The notes: generated by a model from the sequence alone, not told the origin. Shown: positions 40,217 through 54,135, counted from the whole stretch's first letter. The stretch is 61,522 nucleotides of DNA, filler included, from Platydemus manokwari (GCA_037951405.1; 6 parts of 6 records of this genome joined end to end with filler, not necessarily neighbours in it); one strand, 5' to 3'. Numbers and translations: made by a program.

Positions 40217-42266
40217 ATGCTTCTTGGAAGGATTATTGATAGAAGCAATGTTTATTTTGATAGAAACAATAACTTTACAGAATGTGCATCTTCAACAGTT
40301 AGTCGAAACTCTAGTTTACATCTAACAGCAGAAATTGACCAAGATGATTCTTATAAATCCAAAGAGGAATATTTTCCATCAATACACTCGAAATATATCA
40401 ATAATTCGAAATCAAAAAAAGAAAATTACAATTGGTCACAGAATAATGCTTCTGTTATTAGACCCAGTCATTCATCCAACAAAAACGATAACCCACACCC
40501 CGAAGAAGACCCTCAAAGTAGAGTATACATTAGAAATAGATTTGATAAAAAGATATATCTCCTTGAATTTAAGCCGACTAATGTCAGGGTAGTTCCTGTT
40601 TATTTAAAACATCGTACATTTGAAGAGAATATCAATGACAAATGCAACCAACCGTATTCAAAATCAATATATTACAATCAATACAACAATAAATCGATAA
40701 AATTCAATCAACTAAAGAAAACCTATGCAGTGGATAAAACGGCTCCTCCGGATAAGGTGTCAATTATGTCTCATAAGAAGCCTATACTCCCGAAGTTTGA
40801 AATCGAAGAAGTTGCAGAAAAGCGCGCTAAATCAATAAGTTCGAAAGGATCTAATTTAAAACAATCAATTATCTATATAAGATATCAAGATATGTATTTT
40901 GAAATCAGACCTGGAATTATGGATTTATCGAACTCAGAATTGATTGACATTGAATCAGAAAATCGACGTAAAATTCTGTTAAAAGAGTTACATATGAAAT
41001 TACCTACGAATCTGAAGAATAAAGCTAGCATTATTGTCAAACATAATGGCGATGTTCTGAAATTCTTGTTCAGTTTGAGTGAGATCAATTATTCCAAATT
41101 AAAAGTCACTACATCGATTGGAGTTATGGCCAAAGACGATTTGGTTTACGTTAAGGATTTCAGTTCAATAACAAGTCGAAAGGTGTACATTTCAGTACCG
41201 AAAACGATTTATGATTACGTAGATCCTATGGTGGGCATCAAAAGAAAGAATATGGCACTGAAATTATTAAAGATTGTTCCATATTGGAAAGAAGAGCAAA
41301 GAAAAAAGAGAATCAAAGAATATAATCAATGTCGACGAAAATCTGTGTATGAAGATTTGGTTGATTTGAAGATTGGATCAAGAATTTGTTATGAAGGTTT
41401 TCAATGCCTCAACAAGGCTAAAGGCGGTGTTTTAGACTGTCGAACGAATGATGCAGATTATGAGAATTGGGTCATATCAAATCAAAAATCGGACATACCA
41501 GAAAAGCAAGATGATATTATTGAGAAAGTAAGGAGAATTTATTATTATTATTATTTAGAATAATCAATAATAAAACTTAAACCTAAATCTAATATTCATT
41601 AAACAGCATAAATATCCACTGATGTCTGAATTAATTTTATTTTTCAAATGGCTATTATGGCCTATTAATGAAAACACGAGTTATTTTAACAGATTTCGAA
41701 ATCTTATCTATTCTATCATTTCATAATGAGCTTATTGATGAATTGAAACCATTTTATAATCATTTAACCCTTTCAATATTGCGGGGATATATATAAGTCC
41801 CAGAGAATGTTCAAAAATTACTGATGCGAAAAATATTCGCATTAAGCTACTGCAGAGGCATATGTGTCTGAAGGCATTTGTTCAAAAAACCATATTTTCT
41901 AAAAATCTGAAATTATGTAAATGTGTTCCTTTATTTATTTGCATCACATATAGTTCAGTTATACAAGAATATTTTCACTGGTCAAAAGTCGTATTGAAAG
42001 GGTTAAATATTGGGATTGAACAGTCATTGTAATCACATTTTATTTTCATATCACCATTTATATCTCACAATATAGAATTACAAACACATCTTTTGAAATA
42101 ATTGAATCTATGAAGTTTAGAAATTACAAGTTTTAACCGAAACGGTTTATCAGGGAGGGTATGGCGAGGAATATTATTTCAATATTAATTGTTTATTTTT
42201 ATTTAGTTTGAAACAACAAATTCCGACGAAGTACCAGATTGGGATCTTGTAAACTATTCTAAATGA
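40217..42266 (+). CDS. Uncharacterised basic protein, ~456 aa. Exons 40217-41527, 42207-42266
   Basis: 1.3-kb open frame in very AT-rich DNA. Donor AAA|GTAAGG, acceptor ATTTAG|TTT giving FETTNSDEVPDWDLVNYSK*. AATAAA at ~42331. In-frame TAA upstream of the ATG. No recognisable domain. Confidence 0.75.
41768..42002. mobile_element. 235-bp piggyBac-like MITE in the intron of the orphan gene
   Basis: TTAA on both flanks (41764-41767, 42003-42006) and perfect 11-bp TIR CCCTTTCAATA / TATTGAAAGGG. Confidence 0.85.
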
Positions 42267-42861
42267 TATTTAATCGTAAATACCTGCTGCATAATTTGTC
42301 AGCTAATTATCTTTAATTTTCATATTTATCAATAAATAAATATATTAATAGATTATTTTTTTCAACATTTTAAAGACTATGATTGCATAAAGCATTACCC
42401 GATGTTTAGTTTTTTAGCCCATTAGCTACTTGTAGTAGCCAAAAATTTAAAGATGTTTCCGTAGTTCACAACAGCATCATTTATTTTTTAAACAATACCT
42501 AATATTCACTTAAACGAATTTTATTTAAAAAAATATATATATTTGCATATTTTCAATATTTTCTAGAGATCGATTGAGAGGTTTATCGATTTGATTTAGA
42601 ATTAATTTTTTAGAATAACAGCTGCTTGATTTACAAATGAATATCTCTTGATTGCATTACATACATACTTATAATCATTGGTCTGAACACACACACACAC
42701 ACACAAGGGATAGAAAATTACCAATTTCATTACATCAGATATACAATGCAATATTAATCGGAATAATGTTTGTAAAAATTATCGACATTATTTAATTGAT
42801 ATCGAATAAGAAGATTTTATTTTTCCAAATATTATTGAATATTAAATCATTAGATATTGAT

Positions 42862-45800
42862 TTATTGATTATCAATGATATTTCTACGAATGATTGAAAA
42901 ATGATTCCTCAATTCCATTGGCATGCAATTCTCTAAAACGATTTTTAATAAATCAACGAAAATCAATAACGAACCAAGACTTGTTAAATGTCGTGATAAT
43001 TCCATAATGGACTTGCTAAAAACAATGAAAAAATTAATCATGAAATCATCCAACAAAAAAAAACAACTTTCGCAAAATATCAGTGAAACTAGAAATGCAG
43101 TTCCTGATAATATCAAGAGAACAAATCTCCAAGTAAGCATGTGCTAAAAAACCATGAGATTTAAGAGCACCTATCACCATTGTTTGACTATATTTGCATT
43201 TGTCTATACCAGTCAATTTTAATAGATCTTTTGTTGTGAAAATGTATCCATAGATACAATATGCTAACATATGAACATGAATCACTGATTCCATAAATCC
43301 ATGACAAATGTGATCACAATTCACTTGCAAAGGATCAATCAATAATTTCGATGAACGCAATCGATCAAGGGTTGTATTGAAATTCTTAAATGTAAAATAT
43401 ATTAAATCAATAAAAATAAACAATGTAAAATTTAACCCCACAATGGAATGAATCTACGGGATTATTTCATGCTTTAAATTCACAGTTAACAAGCATTAAG
43501 TTAATACATCACCATATTTGTTATTCAATAGCACAAGGTCAAATATAAAATTGACCAATAGAATTACTCAAATTGTTTTACAATAAAAATGTCAAGTGCT
43601 TCTTCATCATTCATTTCTTTGTGTCAAAATTTATCGATATTCACTCACAAACAATTCTTCATCATTCAAATCAAAAGAAGAACAAAATTATCAAGCACAT
43701 TTTTCGGCAATGATTTCTTTAATTCATCCAATTCTGGTCTGTCTTGTTATCGAAAATAGGTTCAAATATAACGTGAACAAAACTCAAATGATCACTTATT
43801 ACTCTCCAAAAATAAGTCAAATTTGATATAAAGTTGTCGACAATTATAATCTTATTTTCAATGATTTATATTATTATTATAACTCGTAATGTTTCCATTT
43901 GTTCACATGGTGTTAAATAGCTAGAAAGAGAAATATATATGCGCACACACAACACATTTTATAAATTTTAAGATAAGAGATTTTAATCATTAGTTTTTCA
44001 ATCATTTATTGGTTATTGATTTCTTCATAAATGATTTGAAATGACAACAAATAATCATATGCAATCAATAATCCTACGGCTCAATATTATTTCGTGTTGT
44101 CAATCTGATAATTATCGCGATAATTTCATAATTGAGCCGTTGCTATTAGCAACTCATCATTATCGAATTGGAAACCATCAATGCACAATTGCAATAATTC
44201 ATTTATAAGCAATCACTCACCTCACTCAATCTCAACATCACACACACATACACACCACACAATCCCTTACACACCAATATAGTGTGGTCAATTTTATTGA
44301 TTTTATTATTGTTATAATTGAATGTGCCAATCCCAATTGATAAGCTTTATATATATATTATTCAATTCACATTTATTGATCAAGCTGTTTGCCTTTATGA
44401 ATAATCAATGAACAAATGATAATAAATCAATAATAAGTATTGGTAAATCGATGGAAAAAATAGTCGCCTGCATATCGATATTTGGTTACCATGGTTAACA
44501 CATTACCTTTGATGAGTCCAATTATCAGTGATTTACATCATTTCAAATTACGATACGCGAGACAGCAAAGGTCAACAAGTTGATATTGATAAATGATCAA
44601 TACTCACCTCATGTTCTGATTGGCAATAAATGAACTCCCTCGATAACAGCTCGATCGCGAGACAGAAGTCATGAGAAATATCTGAATGAGAGATAATCGA
44701 TAAAACATGCAGAATACCATTGGTGTGTCATCAACGATATCATTTCAACCTCAATCAATAATTACTCACCATTTATGTTCGTGGAGCAGCCGTGCTTAAT
44801 TCTGTTGAGGAGAATCGATTCCCGGGCCACATGGAACAGTAGCGGATTGCGACAATTTCCCAGATGAATCCTATCAACTATCAACCCGTCGATTGGTGCA
44901 TTGGAATCGATCGATATGTCCTTATAGAGATCACCTTGACAACCGAATAATCCAATCATATTATCACGCTCGACCATGCAATATTTGTGCAATAGCAATG
45001 AGTTATTCACCGCATTTTCTGCAATCTCCTTGGTAACAGTTTTCACCGGTTGTGTCGGTGTAATTATACTGCCCAATGTTGCACCCAAACTTGTCAATAA
45101 CGTTGCCATGGCAACATATAAGTCTACGAGTTCTGCAACACCGACAAGTCGATCGTGTATGATGCCAACATTGAGCAAAATCGCAACCAAAATCGACCAA
45201 TCAGACACCACCAAGCATTGTTGTTGGCTAGCAACAATCAGATTTCCGAAATGGCGAAGAAATCTCTTTTCATTATCGAATAATGCCGGCTTGAATCTGA
45301 AAATCAATTCAATTATTGATTTGAATGGCGACAACCCCCAATAAATCAACACAAAATCCACCTCAATTGCAAATTGTGTTGCATTCTCGTGATTCCATGA
45401 GCCTCAGCAAGTTGCGAGATCGATATGGGATTGCCGATATTGAAATAAATATTGCCGAACTTCTCGTTGAGAATGTGACGAACTTTCAGCAGACCCTATA
45501 TGGAGCATAAATTATAATAGCGGAACAATAAATATCAATAAATGATGAGTTTTATGGGGTGAAATATCAATATTGTTCTGTCTAATGATCGATATGACAT
45601 CTCATTTATCCTGTATAAATTGCAAGCAAATCATCTCAACCATGACCATGTGCGGTCATGCGGAACGAAATTAAGAATCAAATCGATGAAATAAATGAAT
45701 AGAAACTGTAACCAATGACCAATGATGAGTTGAGATCAATAATTAACAATCAACACCAACACTAGTTGATTCTTTAGGTTTCGGCACGCCAAGTAATTCC

Positions 45801-46784
45801 CAAGCGTATAATTTCTCCTCAAGCACTCTATCATAGCTAATACTGATCGGAACAACTGTGACATCACTATAATGGGATAGCCATAACTCCAAAACAATGC
45901 CAAGCATGCCTGGTGAGAAATAGAAAATATAAACAATGACACGCTCATCCAAATAATTATCCAACCGATTTTTGGAAATAATGATTTGTTAGTGCGACTG
46001 CGAGTGCCTTCGATAAAGAATTCGAGCGGTTCTTGAGCCAATTTAACGAGCGCTTTGATATAATTGGAGAAAACCGCCCAATACAAATCATCATTGGCAA
46101 AGCTGCGCCTGATGAAAAATGCTCCACAACTTCGCAACAGTTCTCCAACAAGCTTCATATTCATGAAATCTGTGAAATGACACATGGAAACATGAGAGAG
46201 AGACTTTCACACATTCATTACCAATAGCAGCAGCAATCACTGGCATAGGCAAATTGAAATGAAACATCACATATGAAATGAGTAGGAAGTCTGCATAACT
46301 CCTGTGGGTTGGCAGAAGAACGACATGAGAGTTGGTGAATGAACTTCTTAGCTGAAATTATTTCACCATAAAACATTGTTTTAATTGTTAATATCTGTCA
46401 AAAACTTTTTCCATTTGCTCAGCATTGACAAACAAGTGTTGATAAATCTGTTTAATTATTTTCGATAAAGTGTACCCCATGAACCTGATGGAGTTCATAC
46501 CAATATTGTGGCTCATACCATCTAATATTGAACAAGCTTCCTTAGACAAATCCGTTTCTGATTTACCGGATTTATCAGCAATCTAAATTTGTATGGAATT
46601 ATGTAATCACAGCTTGATTCATTACCAATTTTAAATCATATTTAAAATTTATCGATTCCAATATGCTATGTTTTAACATTTGCTTTGATTTATAGTTATT
46701 AAAAAACGAAATTTTTGATTCATAATCTTTCAAAATCCAACACAAATCACTACCTTCCCTGCGACCATTCATAATGTCAATCAT
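42862..46784 (-). CDS. GNPAT: Dihydroxyacetone-phosphate acyltransferase (glyceronephosphate O-acyltransferase), ~674 aa. Exons 46784-46626, 46582-46406, 46351-46222, 46169-45966, 45909-45761, 45495-45362, 45296-44770, 44681-44608, 43384-43068, 43015-42862
   Basis: PlsB-family motifs PTHRSYADF (HX4D), [48 protein letters not shown]. The flanking sequence ([17 protein letters not shown]) is GNPAT-type rather than GPAM-type. All nine introns are GT-AG and phase-consistent; total 2025 nt. Confidence 0.92.
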
Positions 46785-47967
46785 TGTAACTTTTATATAT
46801 TATTGAAAAATGAAAGTAAAATTGGATAACATAAAAATATTATGAAACTATAAAAAACGATATTAAAATGAAAAAATTTTAAGTTGAAATTAATTATTAA
46901 TGGAGCAAGGGAATATTTAAACAAATACTGTGTATGTTGAAATAATTTAACTCTAATTAAAAAATATTTAAAAGCCATATTACGTAATAAAATATAATAT
47001 ATATACAAAGATCATAGTTATTTATATTTCTCTGCATTAGATGGTACAGCATTCGGGGTCCTTATTATTACACTTATTGTAAAATATCGGTTTTAAGGTA
47101 CAAATATACCTAATTAAAAAAATAAAAATGTTATTAAAAATCAAACACAATACACAAATATACACTATCATGCAACTTCATTACATAATAATTTTTATGG
47201 GGTATACTACCTGTTATCGAACACATTGTTATACTTTGTTTCCTGAAATATTTAATAAATTATATATATGTAGAAATTTCCTGTAAATTTGTTTTCCTTT
47301 TCACTGGAATTTTCATTGTATCTCTACAATATTTTGCTTGCTTATAATTTGTTTTTGTTCCTGCTTTCAGCTTCAGTATACAAATTATCTGACAGCAAAG
47401 AATCGCTCAGATACATGACCAAACCATCAGAAAACCACACATTTAGAAACAAGGACAGTCAAGCTAGATAAATTAAATTCTATACCTTCATCCTGATTTA
47501 TAAAATGTTTGAATAGACATTGTAAATAAACAAGTTTAATGTTGATATGTATAATGTATATTGTTTTTAAATGTATAATTATCTACAACAGAATGTTAAA
47601 AGTAAACAATAATATCTTGAACTTCTATATTCAAGTAAAATATAGAAACATATTTATCAATCTGCTAAAGGAGCAGGACGAATACCTTTGGCTGATAGAG
47701 AGAACGGGGTTGGGGTTTCATTCATGAGTGATAATTAAGGTGCTGAAGACTCACTGAGTGAACGCTATCAATAACCTATAAATTTATTCATAACTTATCA
47801 ACAATTTATTATTAGAAACAGTTAGGGCTAAATCTACATTAACTCAAATTATGTCCCAAAACAATTGTCAGATCCCAATACAGAAAATGTAGTTCAATTG
47901 ATTATGCATTATCTCTTCAATTAGAAAACTAGCAGGAAGACCTTACCAACACCCCATGGAAATATAA

Positions 47968-48575
47968 ATGGAAGAATATATAATAAACAAGGAAAATACA
48001 ACACAGACAATTAACCAACAAGAAGTCAGAAAACTACCAATGAAAATAATCGAATCAGACGAAGAAATATTGTCAACGCAATCAGAGATATCAGCAAAGA
48101 GACCGATTACAATGCAATCAACACTTATTCGTTCAAGCTTAAGCTCAATACTTCAAATAACGAACCATTCACTTTATACAATGTGGATTTGGACACCAAC
48201 GAATACCCCTCATATTCTATACCAAAATTTTAGAATGGTCATTGCCCCGAATTTCTAAGAAAACTTCAATTATCTTGTAAAATTCTTAAACACTTTTTCG
48301 AAGGACCAAATGATTGATACATGATTTATAGTTGTTGGAAAAGCACCTCTAACGCCCCAAGCACATCTTATCATATGCCCTCTGACGCCCGAAGCACATC
48401 TTACCATAATCCCTCCAGTCCTCCAGGCACATTTAATATAAAAGCCACAAATGCCAACGAAAGGATTGTGCTCGATCAGGATGGTAATTGGGATGGAACG
48501 GTTTATCGTGGGGATGAGCCCGAGAAAATTGGCTGAAGAGAACCCCAAGAGGTAGTCAAAACGAACCAATGATCC
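47968..48575 (+). pseudogene. Decayed intronless ORF of unknown origin with a 33-bp tandem duplication
   Basis: ORF 47968-48258 overlaps a second frame running ~48180-48575 with three stops. The repeat CCTCTAACGCCCCAAGCACATCTTATCATA / CCTCTGACGCCCGAAGCACATCTTACCATA keeps the frame (SNAPSTSYHMP / SDARSTSYHNP). Confidence 0.3.
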
Positions 48576-49153
48576 CGACAGATCTGATAGAACAGAATTC
48601 CCAATGGTGGGGAATGCACAAACGTGTGGATCTGGACGAACAATATGATCTTGGATTCTCATAAACATTTACATTTGATTTTTACATTTGATTCGTGTCT
48701 CTAATCCGTATCTTATATTATGTAATTCCCAAGCCCTTCCTTTTAAATGTATACTGTATATATTTGTATAATGTATTTGTCACAAAATATATTTTAATGA
48801 CAATTATTATAAAGGAAATTGTAACGATAATAAACTTTAAAATAAATCGGACAACAAAAATAATAAATAGCCCCCCCAAAATAACAATAATAGAAAAAAT
48901 AAATTTAATTATATAGAATTTTAGAAATGTGTTTAAGTGAGCTGATAATATATAGAAATTTCAAAATTAATTCGTTGGAATTTCTAAAAGTCTAAAATTA
49001 AAAGAATTTATTTAATAGAAATAATAAAATATTGTTGGGGTTGATAAGTTTATTATTTTATTACTGGTCTCGAAATTTTTCCCAACTTATGAGCTTATTT
49101 TAAACACCTGACTCCAAAGGTGCTGTGTAACTATGCTTTGAAAACTGTGATGT

Positions 49154-49253
49154 NNNNNNNNNNNNNNNNNNNNNNNNNNNNNNNNNNNNNNNNNNNNTTA
49201 ATTAATTAANNNNNNNNNNNNNNNNNNNNNNNNNNNNNNNNNNNNNNNNNNNN
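49154..49253. other. Artificial 100-bp linker
   Basis: 44N-TTAATTAATTAA-44N. Confidence 0.95.
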
Positions 49254-49360
49254 AAGAAATTTGAATATACCACTAAATATCTATCAAATAAAACATTAAA
49301 ACAAAGTATATGTTAAGTAGTTTTTAAAAATTTTTGATTTAAAGTTCAATATATAAAAAT

Positions 49361-49388
49361 CGGACATTTCATATGGGACAACCTAATA
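49361..49388. mobile_element. Isolated mariner-type terminal inverted repeat
   Basis: Reverse complement reads TA-TTAGGTTGTCCCATATGAAATGTCCG, with the same TTAGGTTG terminus as at 9635. The element body is presumably cut by the linker. Confidence 0.55.
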
Positions 49389-52084
49389 TTATTTTTATTA
49401 TTATTTTTAAAAGGATCCTATTTATTTTTAAATTTTTAAATTATTTGAAATAAATTGTGCCCATGTCAAGTACTTTTATGAACAGATGTTACCGAATTGG
49501 ATTTATTCTTAAAATCAAAAGTTATATTAAAATCAATGATGTTGTGTTCTCATTGTTAACTACCAATTAATCCAGAAATCAAAAGTTTTTGGATAATAAA
49601 TAAATATCATATTTCTATCCTAAATGAATAAACCGTTAAAGCTTTAATTATTTAAAATTATAGTTATAAATTTAATTAAAAATGATGACGTTGTAAATCT
49701 TATTGATAATATTGTGCTGTTTAAGCTAAAACGATTAAAAAGCCATAATAAAAATTATTGGAACAACCTTTAAAAATGGCTAGACAAGCAAATTAAAATT
49801 TATACAGTGGATAAAATAAAATATACCAATATATGGACAAGTCTACAAATGGGTCTAATAAACGAAAAGTAAAATTTTAAGCAGCAAGAAACACAAGTAA
49901 TACAGATTGAAGTTTCAGTCTTTTATGGTCGGTAATTCTTTGCTTCATTATATTTCATTTCTTGAATATCTACATATGATTTCTAGATTTGTATTTATTT
50001 TTTTTAACAAAACAATGGCATAAGAAGATTTAATATTAGCAAGATTTAAATTAAAATTTTGTTGGAACCATTAAAACGCCATCATTAATAAAAGCAATAT
50101 GAGAACTGAAAATGTTTAATATCGATGTATATACATAATATATTGTTCTGATTTCTTATTAATTATTAATTTTTGTAAGACTATTTTATTCGAGTTTTAC
50201 ATGTCAGTTTTAGTGCAGAAGTGTAATAATTAGATAATTAACAGCGATTAAGCATTCCCCTTCAGTACAGCCAATCGGATTAATAAACCCTGTCAAAATA
50301 AAATAAATGGGAAATAATTCAATCATATTAATCAAGAATTTGACATTAGATTCGTTACATTAAAAAAATACACAATAATTGCTCAACAACAGTAAAATGA
50401 AGTTGGTGAAACATAAGAACTATAAACAATCTTTAAAAAAGTCAATAACTTTGTCACAACAGACGCGACATCAAAAATAAGACAGCAGTCAAATGTAAGG
50501 AACAGTTATACAAAATACATCTTCAACCAAGGAAACAATGATAACCACGCTGCTCTTCAAACAGTTTGATAAGCAATTCAGTTAGTCTCCTAAACTTTTA
50601 GGATCTAAAGCACATTCTCCGGAAAAAGTATTGAAAACCCCAATGCTTTTCATTTGTTTTATAGTTAACAGTAGATAGATTAGTAGATTTGTAGAGAGAT
50701 TGATATTGATAATAATAAAGTAAACTCATATTTTTTATATATTTATGATCGGGAAACTCGACATTATGGAAACTCAAGGTTCTCAGCAATTGGTAGTGAA
50801 CGACTGATTTCAATAAGTCAATTGAGTGCTACTTGTTCTAAAGTATGATCGATATTCACCATGATTTTTTCTTTTAATTCTTACTTAAGCTTGAGTTTTG
50901 TACGACTTCGTTTTCCACTTCTTATATGGTTTTTATATTTTTATTAATATTTTATTATAAACGAACAACCAGAAACATATTCCATGATGACAGTTCCAGA
51001 GTTGTATTTAGATTCGGTAATATATAATCAAACATATAAAATCGATATTATGAATAGCGTGAGGTAATAATAGCACAAGATAATAAATATTGACAATTAT
51101 CGAAATAATTGATAATATTGTGTAGTGAGATAAGATTCTGTGTAAAATTTAAATGGACTTTTATTTACTTATCATCAATTTATTGATGAGTAAACATAAA
51201 CAACAAACTTGATTTTGTATATTGAACCTCAATTGATTATTTATTGATCATTTTACATAAATGATGGCACGTAACAACATTATCGATTTACATTCAATAA
51301 ATACAATAAAATATCGGAATAATAGATATACACATGAATATTTTTACGATATTCCCTGGAGAAAATTATGGACATCTAAACATACACAATGATAACTAAA
51401 GGCTACCATGGCATGGTGCTAGGAGTAGAATTTAAAATAGACATATAAGAGGCAAGCAAGAGAAAGTTACAGTCAGTACGGAAAAACCAGAATCTCAAAA
51501 TTTTAAGAACGATTCTCAGAATTTCAATTAATCCAAACAACGGACTGCACAATTAGATTTATAAATAATCTAGTGATGTTAACATCCGTAATGGAATTGA
51601 TTATCACGACACATACGTGGAATTTGGCACCAGTAGATTTGTCACATCTAAATACTTAAACACACGGTGTTGAATATTTGATAATGGAATCTATCTTTCC
51701 ATCAAATATATGTTGCAGTAGGATGTTTTATGCCAGCTCTTACTGGAGCTAGAGGGCTTCAGTGACTTGAATGAGAATTAAGTTGCAGGAAAAATTAACT
51801 GAATTATCTAGAGGTCTGACGCTATGTAAATTGATTGTTGCAGCAAGGATTGTGAAATGTGATAAATAAGGATATTTATAATTATTGTTCGCACTTTTTC
51901 GTGAAGCACTGAATACAGATAGGAATAATAGTAATACATGAACTATTTGTGCGAAATTCAAATATCATAAATTTATCTATTTTAAAATTTTAAAATGGCC
52001 ACTCGAATATTGAAAGGTTTGAATCTCCTTTTACAGATTTGGCATTCGCTCATTTCTAATGAAATACTTTTTATATAATTTTTA

Positions 52085-52116
<32 letters not shown>

Positions 52117-52589
52117 AAATACCTATTGATCAAACATGCATAATTATTATTTTTATTTATTGGGCTTATTATTTATTTATTTATTCAATTTTCAAATTTT
52201 TTATCTGATTTTAACCGGTGTCGGGGGATCCTTTTTTACTTTTCCAATTTCTTGTAAATGTGAACTTGTTTATTTGAAAATAAGAAATCCGACAGTCTTT
52301 CAGATCTAACTAAATTTAGAATCTTATCCCAATTCCAGATCAGATTTGATTTAGTGTTTTTAATTATTATCTCAGACGGAAACTTCTCAAATTTATTCTT
52401 CATTGGGATCGATTGTAAATATTAGTATTATTCTTGATTCTTTTGAAATTTTTCTTGTCCAAATACTTATCAGTTTTGAAAGGATCTTTGTTCTGACATA
52501 AATTCTGGTATCACTTAACTATCTGATGGGTATCATGAAAAGAAAATAATCGATAACAATAAATTCAATAATTATGGTTACATGGGAGG

Positions 52590-52830
52590 GGTCTCATACC
52601 ACATAAATAAGTTGCACCGAATCAATAGGTAAGGAACTAATGGAATGGTAGATATTCAAGCTAATGCCAGATATCGATATTCAGATAGAACTGTGAAACC
52701 TGTCTACCTATGTCATCTTATAAAATTACCAACTTTTCAATCAATAATTTCTAGTAACAATGACAATGTTAACACTTGGTTTTGTTGGAAGATATTTTTA
52801 TCACTCGACATGTGAGTTAGCGAAAACCAA
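52590..52830 (-). pseudogene. Decayed Ig V-set-like fragment
   Basis: LTCRV (~52820-52805), then about 190 nt downstream SLNIYHSISSLPIDS/(frameshift)ATYLCG, resembling the L.I..L...DSATY.C E-F strands. Confidence 0.3.
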
Positions 52831-54135
52831 AGTCCTTCACATAACTGAACATAAAACTAAGTGGAATTACATGATATGATGTATTATTCTTCTGGGATTC
52901 CGGGTTCACCGAAAATGTGTTAAAAGACCTTTATTAAAAGGTGCAACACATATCCAATCAAATATTGCTCATCAAATATACGCTTAAAAAATAAAGAAGA
53001 AAAAAAGATACTATTGTATTAAAGGAATTGATATTTTTCATTTTCGACGTCTCGCTTTTACGATTTTTAATACTTTTTCTTAAGGAAAACTTGAATATTA
53101 ATCCATATAATGAAATAAAGGAACACACATTTTAATCCCCAATATTAATTTCGAACAACAATACATTTCATTACTTCGTCGTGAACAAAACATTGTCTGA
53201 TCAGCGTTATACAATCAAGATAAAAACCTGTTCAGGTGCATTCGTGCAATGAATTCCTCTCAAACAATTAACACAAAACATTCCTCTTTTAATTTTGTTT
53301 CTCATTTGATTAAAATATTAATCTCAACCAGTAATATTTAGATTTTCACTTTATATTTTTAACATTTATTATTATTAATAACTTATTTGGATATTTGTTG
53401 TAAATGATATCATTTTATTTGAATTTATTATTTTGTTTTAATGAATTTCTTTTTATAAAAAATAATTTCGTTTTTGATGCTTATTTTGACTTTTTGTGAA
53501 GACAGTGTTTTAAACTTGGTGTTAACTTGTTGATTTCGATCACTGAGAGTCTACATTATTTCTGAAAAGATAAATTATAAGAATTAACACGATTCCGCTA
53601 TTAATAGAATACCTAGTTCTCGAGTTGTCTGTCATGTACAATGATAATCAATTAGCAATCCTTGAGATATCAGTTATTAAACGAGAACATCGAAAGGTTT
53701 TCAAATATAACGCGTATATTTTATTGGAATATTGCATTGTTATTTTGAATACAAAGATAACGATAAAGAGATTTTCAAATACTCGAGGCACAACAATCGA
53801 TTATGTTGTCTACTTCTTTATTGATCAATGGAAGAGTGTTAGGAAAATAAATTAAATTGTTTATCGATTGAAGAGCTGGATGCCCAAGATTGGTAATTGT
53901 CCTGGAATGAGATGGTTCGAATAAAAATAATAATATATAGCTTAAGTGCAATTTCAAGTAGTTAATTTTACTGGGTTTCACCAACAAAACAATCAATCAC
54001 GGTTTATAACTGTTGCTTTGTTGATGGTGATGCTATTGTTCTCTGATGAATGAAATGATTGGTTGTTGATATCGCAACACAACAACTGCTGGTACTCGTC
54101 GCGAAGTGCCAACAAGTTTCTCAATGACTATTATA

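Noticed and set aside
44976-45510. Plus-strand ORFs overlapping GNPAT (likewise antisense ORFs over the ZnF, NHL and orphan genes)
   Set aside because: Antisense shadows of real coding exons.
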